Assembly (NCBI GenBank): GCA_000165425.1
Contig: CT868296.1
Span: 62,001 to 126,000 of the forward strand
Source: Paramecium tetraurelia
Lineage: Eukaryota
Length of the DNA: 64,000 bases
Direction of reading: 5' to 3'
Shown: one piece after another, positions 28,656 through 43,000 of the stretch
Layout of the letters: each line of letters starts with the position of its first letter
How positions within the stretch are numbered: the stretch's first letter is position 1
Program-made: the position numbers and the translations under genes
The notes under the pieces: model-generated
The model's database searches: none
Told to the model about the DNA's origin: nothing
Seen by the model: only the letters and a program-made list of their open reading frames with translations

Positions 28656-29865
28656 TCAACATTTTGATAGTCTCTTATATGGTTCTGTAGATGCGATTGT
28701 TGCACAGTTGGAAATAGTATCATGATGGAATATCATCAATTTATCTATTGATGCAGCTGGAACTGGAAAAGTTGGGCATGTAGTGACTGTAGTAACAACA
28801 TATGCACAAGTGACTGGAACTGCAACATTTGCAATTGGCGCAAAAGCAGCTGCAAATAATTTGTCAAATGATTAAGTATAGACTGCTGTGTAAGTAGCCG
28901 TATTCACCCAAGTGTATTTAATACTTACGGGAACATCTGTAGTTGTTTGGTCTGTACCGTCATCCTTAACTATTTTGATCCAAATTAAGTCAGACAATTG
29001 TTTTACACTAATAATTCCAAATTATTCTGGAGCCAATGTCATCACATATATGTATCCATTATTAGCATATGTTGCCCATGTGAATTCAATTTCGTAGGTC
29101 TTAGTAGTTATTACAAGTTTTTATCTATTTAAATCTGAAAATCCAAAATTTATGAAATCATAGTTTTAAACATAGTATGCTTTGTAGCTCCAATATCTCT
29201 AGAAGAGAATGTTCACTAAATCCCAAGCCTTAGATAACTAAGCAGATCTTGTAGCCAGTGTGTATGTAATATCATCCTATATTTAATAACAAAATATTTA
29301 CCCTGATGCTCTAAAAGGTCTCAATCACAGCCTTTTCCAAGAACTTTGGTTATACTGCATCTGTAATCAATTAGTTGTATCCGTGATTGAAGGCATCTAA
29401 TATTGCAGTCAACTAAGTCGGTGATGCTAAAAGAATGTCTAATGTAAATAATTAATAAGTGTATTTTTATGGTGTGGTTGTTGTTGTCAAAACTGAAACA
29501 GGGGTCTCTGATAATGTGATATCTGGTGATCTAGTTATGTTTGCTTACCTTCTAAATCGTAAAAGTCCATTTGGAACACTGGTTTCTGCTGTCTTCACAC
29601 AAATATTTTCATATTTATAATCGATGTTAAAAGCTATACAATTAGCTATTGTATTGGCTGCTGGTGATAATAAGCATGCTTAGACTTCGCTAACTCTATA
29701 ACAATCTGTAATGGTTTGGCAAGTGACTGGAGAATAACTACTGACTTAGCAATTTCCTGCCATCTTGCAAAGAGTTGCATTTGTAATCGAACTGCAAGTC
29801 TATAGAGTGAAGGCGGCCTTTATTATTTCTACTAAGGATAAACTTAATATAATGAATTGCATCAT
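28656..29865 (-). CDS. Secreted Cys-rich protein, tandem family member 2
   Basis: Signal peptide MMQFIILSLSLVEIIKA, LEKAVIETFQSIR|DD, PEQFGI..SDLI; intron at 29277-29301. Confidence 0.8.
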
Positions 29866-29912
29866 CTAATTAATTATATAAATTATATTTAATAATATAT
29901 TTTCTTTCTAGC

Positions 29913-31070
29913 TCATGTACAATTACCTGTAGAATCAGTCCAATTACATTTACCAAGTCTACATTCTGACTAAGATCTCCCGCCACAATCATTTATGTTT
30001 TTATCACCGAATATATAAGCCCTTCTTCCTTACCCACTTAATGTTCCCCCACAACTTGAAAATGGTGAACAAACTATGCTAGTATTTGTTTTTTACATAT
30101 TAGTTAGGTCTATCGAATGGAGAGTTTTCGAAAAAAATGCTTATTGGTTTCTATGATAAAATTGTAATTTTCTTTGATTTACTATTGTATAACCATTTAG
30201 ATCTGATGCCCTTATCACTATGATATCAGAATGTATTGAATAAAATCCAAATTACTCAGCAGGCATAACCAATACTTCAAGATAACCAGGCTATACATAC
30301 TCCCAAGTGATCTCAAATACTTAAAATTGAGTCTCCAATACTATTTTCTCTAATTTCAGATTAGCAAATCCAAAATTTATCAAATATTTATAAGAAATAT
30401 ACATATTGAGTTTTTATTTTCTGAGTTTTTAAAAGAAGGCATCAGTCATTCCCCATAAAGCCAAATGAAATTAAAATTTATTAAATGTAGTTGAAGTATA
30501 TGAGATAGTTTCATCATCTCTTATTTATTGCATGCTCTCATAAATGGCTTTCTCCAAAAATGCTATAGGTATGTTGTCATCATTGCATAACTCATTTGAT
30601 TGTTATAGATATCCATACATGATGTTTAAGAGATCATTATTTTTGGCCTTCAAAATATTTAATGTTAAAATTTCTGATTTAACCTGTGTTGGATACCTAT
30701 TTGTAGATATTTTGGATATTTAAAAACCACTTGCCGTGGTGTAAGTAGAATTTTGAGTATTGTCTTGAGGGTAGACCAAGTATCCCCACATCAAAGTATC
30801 CTAATCATACTCAATACATAAATTTTAGAATTTGGGATCCAGATTTGGACTTATTTTACATCTTTAGTTCTAATATAAGTACCCTGATAGTTTTCCTGAA
30901 CATGCTCTTGGTTCTGTCACTTTATGACATTCAAGTAGTTTACATACTCCAGATATCCAATCACAATAGCCTGAAGCGAAACAATTATTTTGATGATAGG
31001 TACTACAAGCTATCTAATACCCATCAACCACAATTCCGAATATGGCAATTAGTGTTAAGATTATTTTCAT
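29913..31070 (-). CDS. Secreted Cys-rich protein, tandem family member 3
   Basis: Signal peptide MKIILTLIAIFGIVVDG, FLEKAIYESMQQIRDD, AEQFGF..SDII, Cys-rich C-terminus. Confidence 0.8.
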
Positions 31071-31228
31071 TTAATTTAGAAATCATTAATATAACATTTT
31101 ATAAATAATATGAATACATTCTTTAATTAACCATAAAATCTTAATCCCCATATTGCGTATTTGATAACAATTGCATTACTATATAAATTGTTGGATTTAT
31201 GCAAATTTACATTATTATAATTATTCTT

Positions 31229-31894
31229 ATGATCTATTCAATTGCAAGAAACTCATTCTCAGCAATCTATTCGACAATTAAAGATGTCGTAGACTATTCA
31301 AGCACTACAATTTATGATATGTTTATTTCTCATCCCATAACTTCATTGACCTACGAGAAACTATGTGAAAGACTAACAGGATAATAATAAAGAATCCTGG
31401 ACGTAGGAGTGGGCACTGGAGTTCCTTTGAATTAAGCTCTCAATAGATTCCCAATAAATTGTGAGATCACTGCCATCGATATCAATCATAACTATTTAAG
31501 AAAGGCAACCCAATTATTTAAAGACAAGCCTTAAGTAAAATTATACGAACTAGATTTCTACCAAATGAACTCAGAAACATATGGAACATTTGATGCTATT
31601 GTATTCTCTTCCTCATTTCTATTACTTAATTAACCAAAAGAGGCTCTTCAATTAGCCATCTCGTTACTTAAACCGGGTGGCAATATATATTTTATGGTTA
31701 CTTTATCTGACTCCCATTTTGGTGATACACTAAAGTATATTACTAGTATAGATTTGCATTTGCAATCTGAAAAAGAATTTGAATAGATGATATAATAATC
31801 TCAGCTCAAAATCAATTACAAGTAACGATTACAAAAGGTAACAAACATAGCCACTCTGCTTTTTAAAGTTATTATTTATGAAACTAAAATATGA
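31229..31894 (+). CDS. Class I SAM-dependent methyltransferase
   Basis: ILDVGVGTG (motif I), ITAIDIN, FDAIVF, LLKPGG. Start may instead be 31199. Confidence 0.88.
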
Positions 31895-32043
31895 TTTATT
31901 TTTTAATTATTTACTATTATATATATACTAAAGAATTTTTTAATAACAATTTATTTGCTAATAATATAATTTCTATTTTAATGAATTTATGATAATTAGG
32001 CTTCATATTATAAACCGATATAATTAAAATTATCATATTTGGG

Positions 32044-35000
32044 ATGATTGCTCTAAGCCTTTTACAACTATTAAATCTCTTGCTTTTCTTGAGTTTATTT
32101 CAGATGATTTAAGCATTTCAGGGAGCATCTGAATGTTAAAATCTTATCTTAAAACCAAATGAAAAATTTTGCGAATTAAGAGATATGAATACATTTTTTA
32201 TTGGTTAAGAAAGCGACAACTTAACCAATATTAACACAATATAAAAGCATGAAGACTTAGTCTAATTCTCTAGTGGACCAAACATATACTTAAAAGAAGA
32301 TAAAATTATTTCTATATAGTTTAGAGCACTTATTGATGTGAATGAAATTTGTTCATTAATTTATAATCCAAAAATAAATAAGTATTCAATAAATCTTATT
32401 TCTACAGAAACAACTTATATCATCGATAATAAGATGAAACTAAACATTAAAAGTCAGGTTAATATCCTTTTACAAACAGAATCAGATTAAAATTGTACCT
32501 AGTTTTATTATAACACAAAAGGTTTGATTATATTTTGCCATTCTATTGATTAACTTATACTTTACTAACTATAAAAAGAAGGGTAAGAGTTCAAATAAAC
32601 TATTAAACACCAATCAGAAATTCTTAATTTATCCTGCAATTTAAAATTTCAATAATTTTCTAATCAATTTTTTATAATATACTCTTAATGTAAAGAATGG
32701 ATAATTTAAGTCTATGATGACAACTCTATCAAGCTATATTTAGATCAAAATATATTACGCGAAAACTATAATAGAGAGGGAATTCTTCTTGATGTTCTAA
32801 CATGTTAAAATAATCTGTTCCTTCTACTTTCCACAGGTGGATATTAATTTTATAATCGATATTTTACAGATCTGTTTTAGTTTGAAAATATAAATTTGAA
32901 TGAAACTTTATTTCATTATGATTAAAATTGCTAACTAAAATTTGCAGTAAAAAGTCCGTCTAAAAATTATTTTACATCAACATTTCCTTTTCATTTTAAT
33001 AACTTAATTATTAATACAACATCATTTCCAAAAGCTATTTTTATAATTTCAAATCCAATAATTGCCCTTCTTCATTATGATGATTAATTACTTTTTTAAG
33101 TAAATTCGCTTTTAAATCAAGTTGTTAAAATCAAAATTTAACGCCTAATTTAACTTTCAAATAACAAAATATATATTGGGATAGATGAAGCAAACCAAAT
33201 AACTTACTTTTAGATTGTATATACAAAACCATGCTTTCCATATTAAGGCGATAATTTAAACGCAACAAAATATTACCTTTAATTTATTTATAAAATGAAT
33301 CCAAATTTTAAGGAAGAGAAATATTTTCATTGTTATAAACCCATCATCATCGAAAATGAAGAATAAAAAAAGGAATATGCAACTCTAGTTAATATAGCAA
33401 GTAACAATTATTATATTGAAAGAAAAAATTATGAGGAATCCTTTTTTTTTAAATTGTCGACATCTTCTACTTAATCAATTTATCCTTATAAAATGAACTT
33501 TCGATCTTAATTAGAAGGAGAAACTAAGTTGTAGATAAAAAATAATTAAATATAATGTAGATTCAACTAATATTTAAAGAATTACAAAGGGAAATTTATT
33601 ATTAAAACTAAAAATGAGGATTTATATTCTATAATTGTTTAAGGTTCTAAAAATTAAATTAAAGAATATAAATGTTAGGGTGCATAAGATCTTATTTATC
33701 TTAATATGTTTGCCTTAGATGAATAAATATTACAAAAATTTTCAAATTTTAATATATTGATATTCTTAGATTCGTAAAGATAGTGCATTTATAGAATTTA
33801 ATTAGAGGAAGAGCTTAAAACTGATTTGATTAGTAAGATAATGTGTTTTGATTCAACAGTTGAAAATATTTATGGTGTTAGTTCTTAAATTATCTTAAAA
33901 TTGAAGGATAAAGGAGTATTCTACAATGTGTTTTCATCAATAGGTTAAATACAAATAGAATAAAATTAATATTTAAGTTAATTAAAAGATAAAAACCTTA
34001 AAGATATTTTTTAAATAAATCCAGACTTTTATGGTGTTCTTTACGAAAATTAGATACATCTAGTCTATAAACAAGCAACTGTATAAAGTATAATTTATTT
34101 ATCTATTAGTTATCAATATTACCGCTATTATACTTGGATTCCTCATTAATTCTCAAACTAACTTAGTATCAAGTTTAGCATTAATAGATCTAAAAAAGAA
34201 TGAACTGCAATTTTATATGGTTTAATTGAATGAATTTATACTAATTAGATATTATAGTTTAGAGAATTATGTTCCTGTTCAACCTCCTTCATTTAAAATA
34301 TGTGAGTCTAAGATAATAATTTCATGTTCTCATAAAATTAATAAAAGGTTATACCTTTTGATTTTCAACTGTGCCTTTCAATCTAGTTTGCATTTTTTAT
34401 AAACAGTTATTGAAATAAGCAATTCATATTTTTGGGTTGACAAATTTTATATTTATTATTATGATGACAAAAATTCCTTAGCTGCTTACGATATGTTGCA
34501 TATCATTTTGGAAATTAAGAATATGGAATTAAACAATAAAATCAGCGAAAAATTAACTTTATAAGTTGAAATAGATTAAGAAAATATCGAACTTCCTCGA
34601 TTTACTAAGGATGTCTCTATAGAATTGATTAATCCAAGAATTTTAAAATTAATGACAGCGAATAATACTTTATTGATTAAAAATAAATAATCAAGTAATA
34701 AATTTTACAAATTTTATTCTTGGACAAAATTAACGATATTATTTTAAACTCCAATAAAAGATTTTTAAATTAATTATATCCTTTAGAGAAAAGAAATCTT
34801 TTTATCTTGTTCATATTATTGTAGTAAGTTATGCTTTTAAAGAAATGATTATGATAATTTGACATTTTTTTAAATTGATTTGTTCTAGCAGACTTAATTT
34901 GTCTATAATTTTCAGAATTATTTCTATAATCCTGTATTCGTGGAAGCAATGAAGGAGAATTTATTTTTGTTTATAAATTCAATAAAGAATTCAAATATTC

Positions 35001-36118
35001 TAATATAAGTTGTGTTACTCAAAGAAAATTTCTTTATAATTAAAAAGTAATTAGATGCAAAAATTTCCGATTCTATATCAAATATATTATTAAAGTATTC
35101 TTGTTATTAAAATAGAATATTTTACTAATTTAAACTGTTTCATATGAGTACAGATTCTTAATTAATGATCATGGCATAACTTAGGTCGATACCATTAATT
35201 TTGAGAAGCAGGGTTATATTTAACATGTTAAATAAAATATATATGTAGAAATAGGCGCAAATATTTTTGAAAAGATTATTATAATAAACTTGTTTGAGAT
35301 ATCTAATTCTTAGCCCAGAATCTAAGGAATTTTTTAAATTTTAGTCATGAATACTTCAATGAAGAACCTATTCTTAGAATAAGAATTTCTATTATTATTT
35401 GAATCCATTAAATTAATCAAAAAAGATTACAATTAAGACAAGGACTAACTTGATTTGATTCTATGGATAACGAGTAGACAAACATATGATGTATAATTCT
35501 AAATTCGTCTTTATCTAAAAGAGTAAAAATATGAGTTTATCAACCAGAAGATTCTAAGATATCCCAAAACGTTTGATTCCTGCAAATATGTTGTATTAAC
35601 TGAAGAAGAAATCATTTTAGATTGTGGATTGACAAGATATTTTTATGATATGTAAAACTCTGACTATCTTTTTGATCCCGTATACTCAACAACATCACTT
35701 GTTTAAATGGAGGTATTAAATAGTACACATTATTTATTTGTTAATTACCTTTCTAAAAATCAGTCATATGTATTATCTGTAGGGAAAAGAGGAGGATATA
35801 GATTAGAAAAGTTATCTTAAGATAATAGCAAATCAACATCTCTTGAATTTTAGGTTTTTTATGATGATGTAATAGCGAAAGGTAATTTATGTTTATTTAT
35901 AATAAGATAATATTACCTTCAACCTTGAAGTTATTTAAACAAATATGGATTATAATGAATTTTGTTAATTAAACGTTGTGATTTTATTAATGATCTTTTT
36001 GATATTTCTGGCAACTATAGGAATCTATAGAAAATGTAAACAAAAACAGTCAAGGAAAGTGATCAGAACAGAAATTTCATTAGTTGATATTAATATGAGG
36101 AACCATTCAAAAATTTGA
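32044..36118 (+). CDS. Large type I membrane protein with beta-rich ectodomain
   Basis: Signal peptide MIALSLLQLLNLLLFLSLF, long Y/F/I-rich ORF, C-terminal TM VVILLMIFLIFLATIGIY then RK. One frame change near 35050-35160 is not clearly explained by an intron. Confidence 0.65.
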
Positions 36119-37532
36119 TTTATTTTATAATAATTTTATTGTTTGAAAATTATTTTTATAGTTATATTTATCTTGAGAAAATGTATTTTCAATTATATTT
36201 TAAAAGTGAGCCAAATTAGTATAGGAAAACCGATAATTATATATTAATAAAGAATTCTAATTGTTTATTTTCATTTTGATGTTAAAGAAAGGTAATTTTT
36301 ATTGATCAATTCAATAATTTATAATTAATTTGAGGAAATTCTAATCATATTTAGATCAATTTAATTCAATAATTCAGATTTATTTTCAATCAACTCAAAT
36401 ACTATTAGTTTAAGATTGAGATTAATCATATTCATTTTAAAATACAATAATAAAGATAATGCTAATTTTGAAAAAATGGCATATAAATAATTATTAGATA
36501 AATAATAATATAATTATAATAACATATAATCAATAAATTAATAAAGTATTAATAGTAATATGTAAGTTCCACTGCTAAGTACATTGAGGGGCAATTTATT
36601 GATATGATAATATAAATATTTTTTTTTAATGAATGTAAAGGAAGTTGATAAGATATCATTATAACTAGAATTCCTAATGAATGGTATTGGAGACAATGAG
36701 ATATTTACTTAAAGGCATATCAATAAATCTATGATCTGATTCTTAAATATAAGCAATTAATTGGATAATAAGAAAAATGAGGAATGATTAAAGGTTATGG
36801 AAAAATAAGTTGTTTTTGTAGTATTTGATATTATAATCTCATTTATTTTCATCAATATACTTACTAATTATATATATAAACAAAAGAATAGATATTTATA
36901 AAGTATCATTAATAAAATTTTATTATCAATTCAATTATGATTATGATTATATAAAATCACGAACTGATTGGTCAGAACATTGAAATATTATTTAATTTCT
37001 TAATTAAGTCATTTTGAATACATATTCATTAATGACCTCATGAATTATATATTAGAATTTTTATTCTATTTATTATTTATTATACCATTTATCAATGGTG
37101 AATGGCAAAAACTTATTCTTTCTCATCCAAACATTCACAAGATAGATTATTATTTTGTCTATTGACCATATGAAGTTTATCTATCTTTATTGAAAACAAC
37201 TCATTAAAATATTCTCCTTCACTTAAAATTATTATTTATCTATATAATCCGTTATTTTTTCAAATTCCAACCCAAATTATTACTCACATCTTACAATCAG
37301 AATTATTGTATATATATAAAATAGTATATTGATCTTTCAATAATATATTATTAATTTTTCATTAGCTAATATACCTTGTTTATTAATCTGTTCCTCATAT
37401 TCAATTCATCAGCAAGTTGATGCTAAAGATTGATTCTAAATTTTTGATTATGAGATTTATAACGAACTTTTTAATAGTAAATTAAATTATTTAGCCATAT
37501 ATTTATTTTTCAATTATCTTATTTATAAATAT

Positions 37533-39929
37533 ATGAGCCAAAAGTCTTTATAAGATTTTAATAATACTTATGGAAGCCTAATTGCAATACGAAACTCTTA
37601 ATGCTTATACAATGATCAGAACAGAATAAACATCATCTACAAATTAGAAATAAATAAATCTCAATAACCATAACTCAATACATCAATAACACAAGAGATT
37701 AAACTTTAAAATGAATTAGCTCGAAATATCAAATAATACCTCAAAATTATTGAGTATGCAATTGAAGAAACTGAGTAGAATAAAAAAGTTTATATGGTAG
37801 TATAAAATGATGAATTAAATAATTCTATTTTATATTCCTTTAAAGAAATCGATGATAAGCCCTCTAAAATATAATAATTCAAAAAGATTTTGTTACTAAT
37901 GATGGATTTAGAGAAAAAAAAACCAAAAATATTTTATTTTCGAAAAAATAATATATTCTATGTTGGAAATTTAATTTATTTAACAATTTTTGGATGGACC
38001 TAAGATTTTTTAATCTCAAATGCTACGAATTAAAATTTAAAGAAATTAGAAGATTTAACCTTCAAAATTGCTGAAATTACATACTTAGATGAGCAAGGTT
38101 AAGAAAAATAACATAAACTTACAAAACATAAATTGGACCTTGGAATTTTTTTTTAGTAAAGCATCTTGAATATTGACAGAACACAGATTTCTATATAAGA
38201 TATAAATATGAATTGCCATGATGAAGATTTAAAAAAAATTGCTAAAATTATAAAATGCTTTATAATAAATAATGGTTCAATTTAATAGATGAATCTACAA
38301 CTTTAATAAAGGAATCAGAGTTAATAATTTAAAGATAAATTAATTGAAGAATGGGAAAAATTTGTTATGATATTATAATTAAAATTAATGGATGATGCAT
38401 AATTAAGAGTTGGACTTGATTTATCAATTCTCAAGGAATTATCAGCCGATTAATTAGATAAATATATTTAAATCTAAAAAGGTGAATACCAAAGTGGTAA
38501 TATTTAGAAGAAAAAAAGAGCAAGAATACTAATTTTTTAAGCTGAACAAAGATAATTAGCTCTCGGTATGTTAAATAAATAAAATAAGGATTTTCACCCA
38601 AATTTAATTTATTTCCTTAAGGAAAATGAATTAGAATAGTTAAAAAATGATAAAAATCTTTTGAAATAAATACAAATTGATGAGAATAAAATAAACAAAT
38701 ATATTGATTTACTGTAGAAAATGTCACTTTGTCAATTAGATTAAGTGGTTTTGGACAATGAATAATTAAGTTTAATCCCTATTAAAATGCTGTAATCGAT
38801 TTAAAATAGTACAATTTAAGAGTTCTGCAGTAAAAAAGAATTTGCGATAAAGCAAAGTGCTAGTAAAATAGAGCGCTTTGATTTTGAAAAGGCTTTGGAG
38901 GCCAAGGATAAATATAATAAATTTCAACTTACAATTAATAATAAGAGCTCTATTAATGCTGATAGTCTACTGGAAAATTAATTAACATATTAATAAGTTC
39001 AATTATTAAATGAGAACACATAAAAAACATATAGAGATACAATTATAAGAACAATTGAATCTAAGAGAAATTCAACTAATAAGAACGATCGAACCTTGTT
39101 GGAAACGTTAACAAGAGTTTTAAACCAAGGTTTCTAAGAATTAGATCACCAATAGCCACTATATATTGAGAATTTTCGTAATTAATTGTATATAAAATAA
39201 TAAAAGGAAGGAGTTTATTTTAGGAATTTAAAATTTAATGATAGGAACAACCTTAATTTCTCTGAAAAAGTGAATGAATTTTTTAAGTATTGCTTTACAG
39301 GGGATATATTATACAATGAAAAATTTAGTTAATATCTTAGAGAATTCTAAAGAGTTTCAATTTCAAATTATGATGGCTATCAAATAAATGGTAAGAAATA
39401 AGGTTTAGGATTGAGAAAAATAAATGAAAATCATCTAAGATTTGGAATATTCTAACTTGATTAATAAATATGGGGTTGGGAAATTGTCTTTCAATCTTAA
39501 ATTATCAGTTTTTATAAAGGACCTTTTTTAAATGATCAAAAGGATGGATAGGGAATATAATAAAAATGTAAATTTTAAGACGAAAAAGTTTTAATTGAAG
39601 AATATGTGGGTGGATTTTAGAAGGATAAGAAGAATGGTACCGGTGAGTTAAATATTTATAATAATTCTTAATTAACAACTGTCATTAAAGGGGATTTTAA
39701 AGATGATCAAGTGCATGGTATTGCCACAATATCTTAAAATGGTTAAATAATTTTCTTTGGTTAATTTAAAAATGGGAAAAAAAATGGATAAGGAGAAGAA
39801 ATATAAGATTAAACCAGAATAACAGGGTGTTATTTGGATGACAAAAAAACTGGTATTCATATTACGAAACGTCCAGATGGTACAACGGAAACTAATGATT
39901 ATGGGTCACCTGCATGTTCTGTGTTCTGA
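37533..39929 (+). CDS. Degenerate kinase-like domain + coiled coil + MORN repeats, CaaX tail
   Basis: Kinase remnants YFRKNNIF..IFG; MORN repeats (YKGPFLNDQKDGQG, YVGGFQKDKKNGTG, GQFKNGKKNGQG); ends CSVF-TGA. Confidence 0.75.
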
Positions 39930-40089
39930 GTTTATTTATTAATATAAAGATATGTAATATTTATAATAATTTGATGTATATTGAACATGTTTTGAATCAG
40001 AATATAGGGATAATAGATAATATTGATTAAAATAAGTTCTAGTATTTGTGAAATAAAATATTAATTATTATATCAAAAAAAGATAACCG

Positions 40090-43000
40090 ATGAATGTTTA
40101 GTAAAAAGTGGTTTAATTTATTTAGTGATTGCACAGCGTTTACTGGAGACAAATGGGAGTTGCTTGAATAAGACACGATTGGCTTTTTGGCAGGAAGTAA
40201 TTAAATTAATAAAATTATTTAGATACTTTATGTAAGTGGAATCTAGAAAATAATAGCAAGAGCTTTGTGCATTCTTAGAGACAAGGGTTTTAGTGTTTTA
40301 CAGTTCATTATAGGAAAAACATTTTGGTTGTGGCAGAATATGGGCTGAATCCAATAGTTCATGTTTATGATAATGAAAATGAATATGATTTGGTTGGCGT
40401 GAGTCCATTGGAAATACTTTAAATGGAAGTGTCTAATTGTGGACGTTATTTGTTGGTGATTTTGGGAGTACCAAAATTTGAAATTTGTTTATGGGATTTG
40501 AAGGAGAAGTGCAGAATCAAAGGAAAGTTTAGTTAATTGCCATTGAAGTTGAATTTTATAGAGGCCAAATTCACAATATTAGGTGAACGAATTCTAATTC
40601 GATACGCAAACTAGTTGTAATTATATTAAATTACACCTCATTATGATAATTAAATTCAGAAGCAGGTCTAATTGGAATTGGTAACATCGATTGATCTTTC
40701 AGCTCCAACCATAATGGTTCAAGATTACAATCTAATTGATGATTCAAAAAACCAATTTGAATAAAACAACATCTATTTAATCTAAGGAAATGTATTGATT
40801 TATCTGGATGGAACAAATTTAACTGAAATTGCTAGACATGAGTGTCATTCAGAGATTAAACACTTAATTCCAACCTAAATTCATTTAATTGTCGTATATG
40901 CTAATGCTAAAATTGAATGGTTGTACAAATATATAACTAACAATCTGGAAGATAAAGTAGCTGTACCATTTAAAGTGAATAAGAAATATAATTTACATGA
41001 TCACATAGAAGTCAAAAAAATAATGTACAATCAATAATGCACTAAATTGATTTGGTTCATAAGACAATGCTACTCTCAATATAATCCCTGTTTCTGCAGA
41101 AGGCTTTTTGGGAGAAGATGAGGCCTAAGTTGATTAACAAGAAGAGGATAAAGTCATTGACTTGACCCATGAGATTGAACCAGTTAAGTTAGGTCCCTAT
41201 TAAAAAGGAGTCATAACATTTATAAGAGAATACAAATAACATAATGTGATTGTTTGTGGATCAGATCAAGGAGTAGTATTATTTATGGATGTGATATCAA
41301 GTAAATTTTTGTTGTATATATAGAATAACCTTTGAGTAGCTTTAATATTGAAGGCAAAATCATTTCTGGGGAATTGATAGAACCAAACTTAATAATAGGT
41401 ACATCAGCAGGAGTATTAAGATTTTATAATGTTGCTGACATTCGTTAGCCAGTACTTTTCAAGATGATCAAACTCTATATTGATAAAGCTATATCGAGTA
41501 TAAGTATAATTGATAACAATTTGGCTGTTTGCAGCAGTGATTCTCCAACAGTATTTTTCTTTTAAAATGAAAATTTGATTGGGTTTGTTGATCTTCCATT
41601 TAATTGTTAAGCAATCACTTACGGAAAAGGTCAATTATTTTGTATCTGCTCATTTTTATTATTGAGCATACCTCAACCAAAATAATAATCATCTTTGAAA
41701 TTGGAAGTGTAAATAATGGGAAGAAAGATTGACCCAGATTAAACTCTGTTGATTGTTACACCTTAATAAGAAGTAATTACAACTGGAAAGGATAAGATCT
41801 TTAAAAAATATAAGTTTCCTGAAGAATTATTATCGAAAATGGATTTAAAAATGAGAGTTGCAAATTAACCTCCAGTTGATGAATAGGATGGCCATCAATT
41901 ACCAGCTACATGCTTGGCAATTAAGGATTTTCTATACTCTTCAGCAAAGGATGGCACAATAATGTTTAGAAGTTATCAGCAATTAAATTAAGATGTCAGG
42001 TTATTGAGAGGACATAATCTGAAATCAGGTGGTGTCTCTACTATATATGTATCATAGAAGTTTAAGATGATATATTCTGGTGGTTTTGAGGGAGATTTAT
42101 TCTGGTGGACAGGAGAAAAGATTAGAGGAGATTCAGATGCAGCATAATTGATGAAGAGCAATTACAATGCCCCTATGGAAATTTAGGATATGCCAGATCA
42201 GGAAGTCAGATACTATTAATAGGTCTTGGAGAGCGAATTTCTTGAATAATAGGCACCTATTAGAGAATAACAAAAAAGATAGACAAAAGATCTATTGAAA
42301 TAAATTCAAACTAAATTAAATGCACTCTTATAAGAAAATGCTGAGTCTGATGAATTAGAAAAATTATAAAGAGATGAATTTGTTATTGATCTATATGCTC
42401 GAGATGCTATTCTAGAGGACGGAAAGAAATAATAATAAGCATTGAGAGATTTGGTCAAGAAAGAAAATGTTAAGTAAGAGATACTCTATTAATTGATCAA
42501 AGAGAGAACTTGGGATCAGATTGAAATTCCTTTGAAAGGTGTTAATGGATTGATTTAACACATCATTGTTACCAATTATCATATTAGAGTTAGACAATCT
42601 GAAGAAACGAGAAAATTAAAATTAATTAGAGAATTAAGAAAATAAGAAATTAGAGAACTCAAAATTAGAAAACAATAAGCAATTAAAGAAGCATGGAGTA
42701 TTGAAGAACATATTCAAGATCCAAAATATATAATCAATTCTAAACCTGGTGCTTAGACCATGGTCTTAAATGATTACGAAAAGAAGGAGGAAGTGGCTCC
42801 TACTAAGGTTGCTGCTAAGCCTGGTGTTGGAGGTGTTTAATAAAAGTAACCCCCCTGGAAGAGCATAGGCAGGTGCAGCTAGTATCAAATAAAGATAATA
42901 ATAATAATAATAACAATAATAATAAGAGGAGGAGAAGAGATAAGAAGAGGAAAAATAGAAAGAATTGGAGAAATAATAATAATAGTAAAAGGTCACTGAA

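Noticed and set aside
36120..37530. Long AT-rich gap as a retained IES or ncRNA locus
   Set aside because: No recognisable RNA motifs, and TA-bounded IES ends cannot be distinguished from background without a MAC/MIC comparison.
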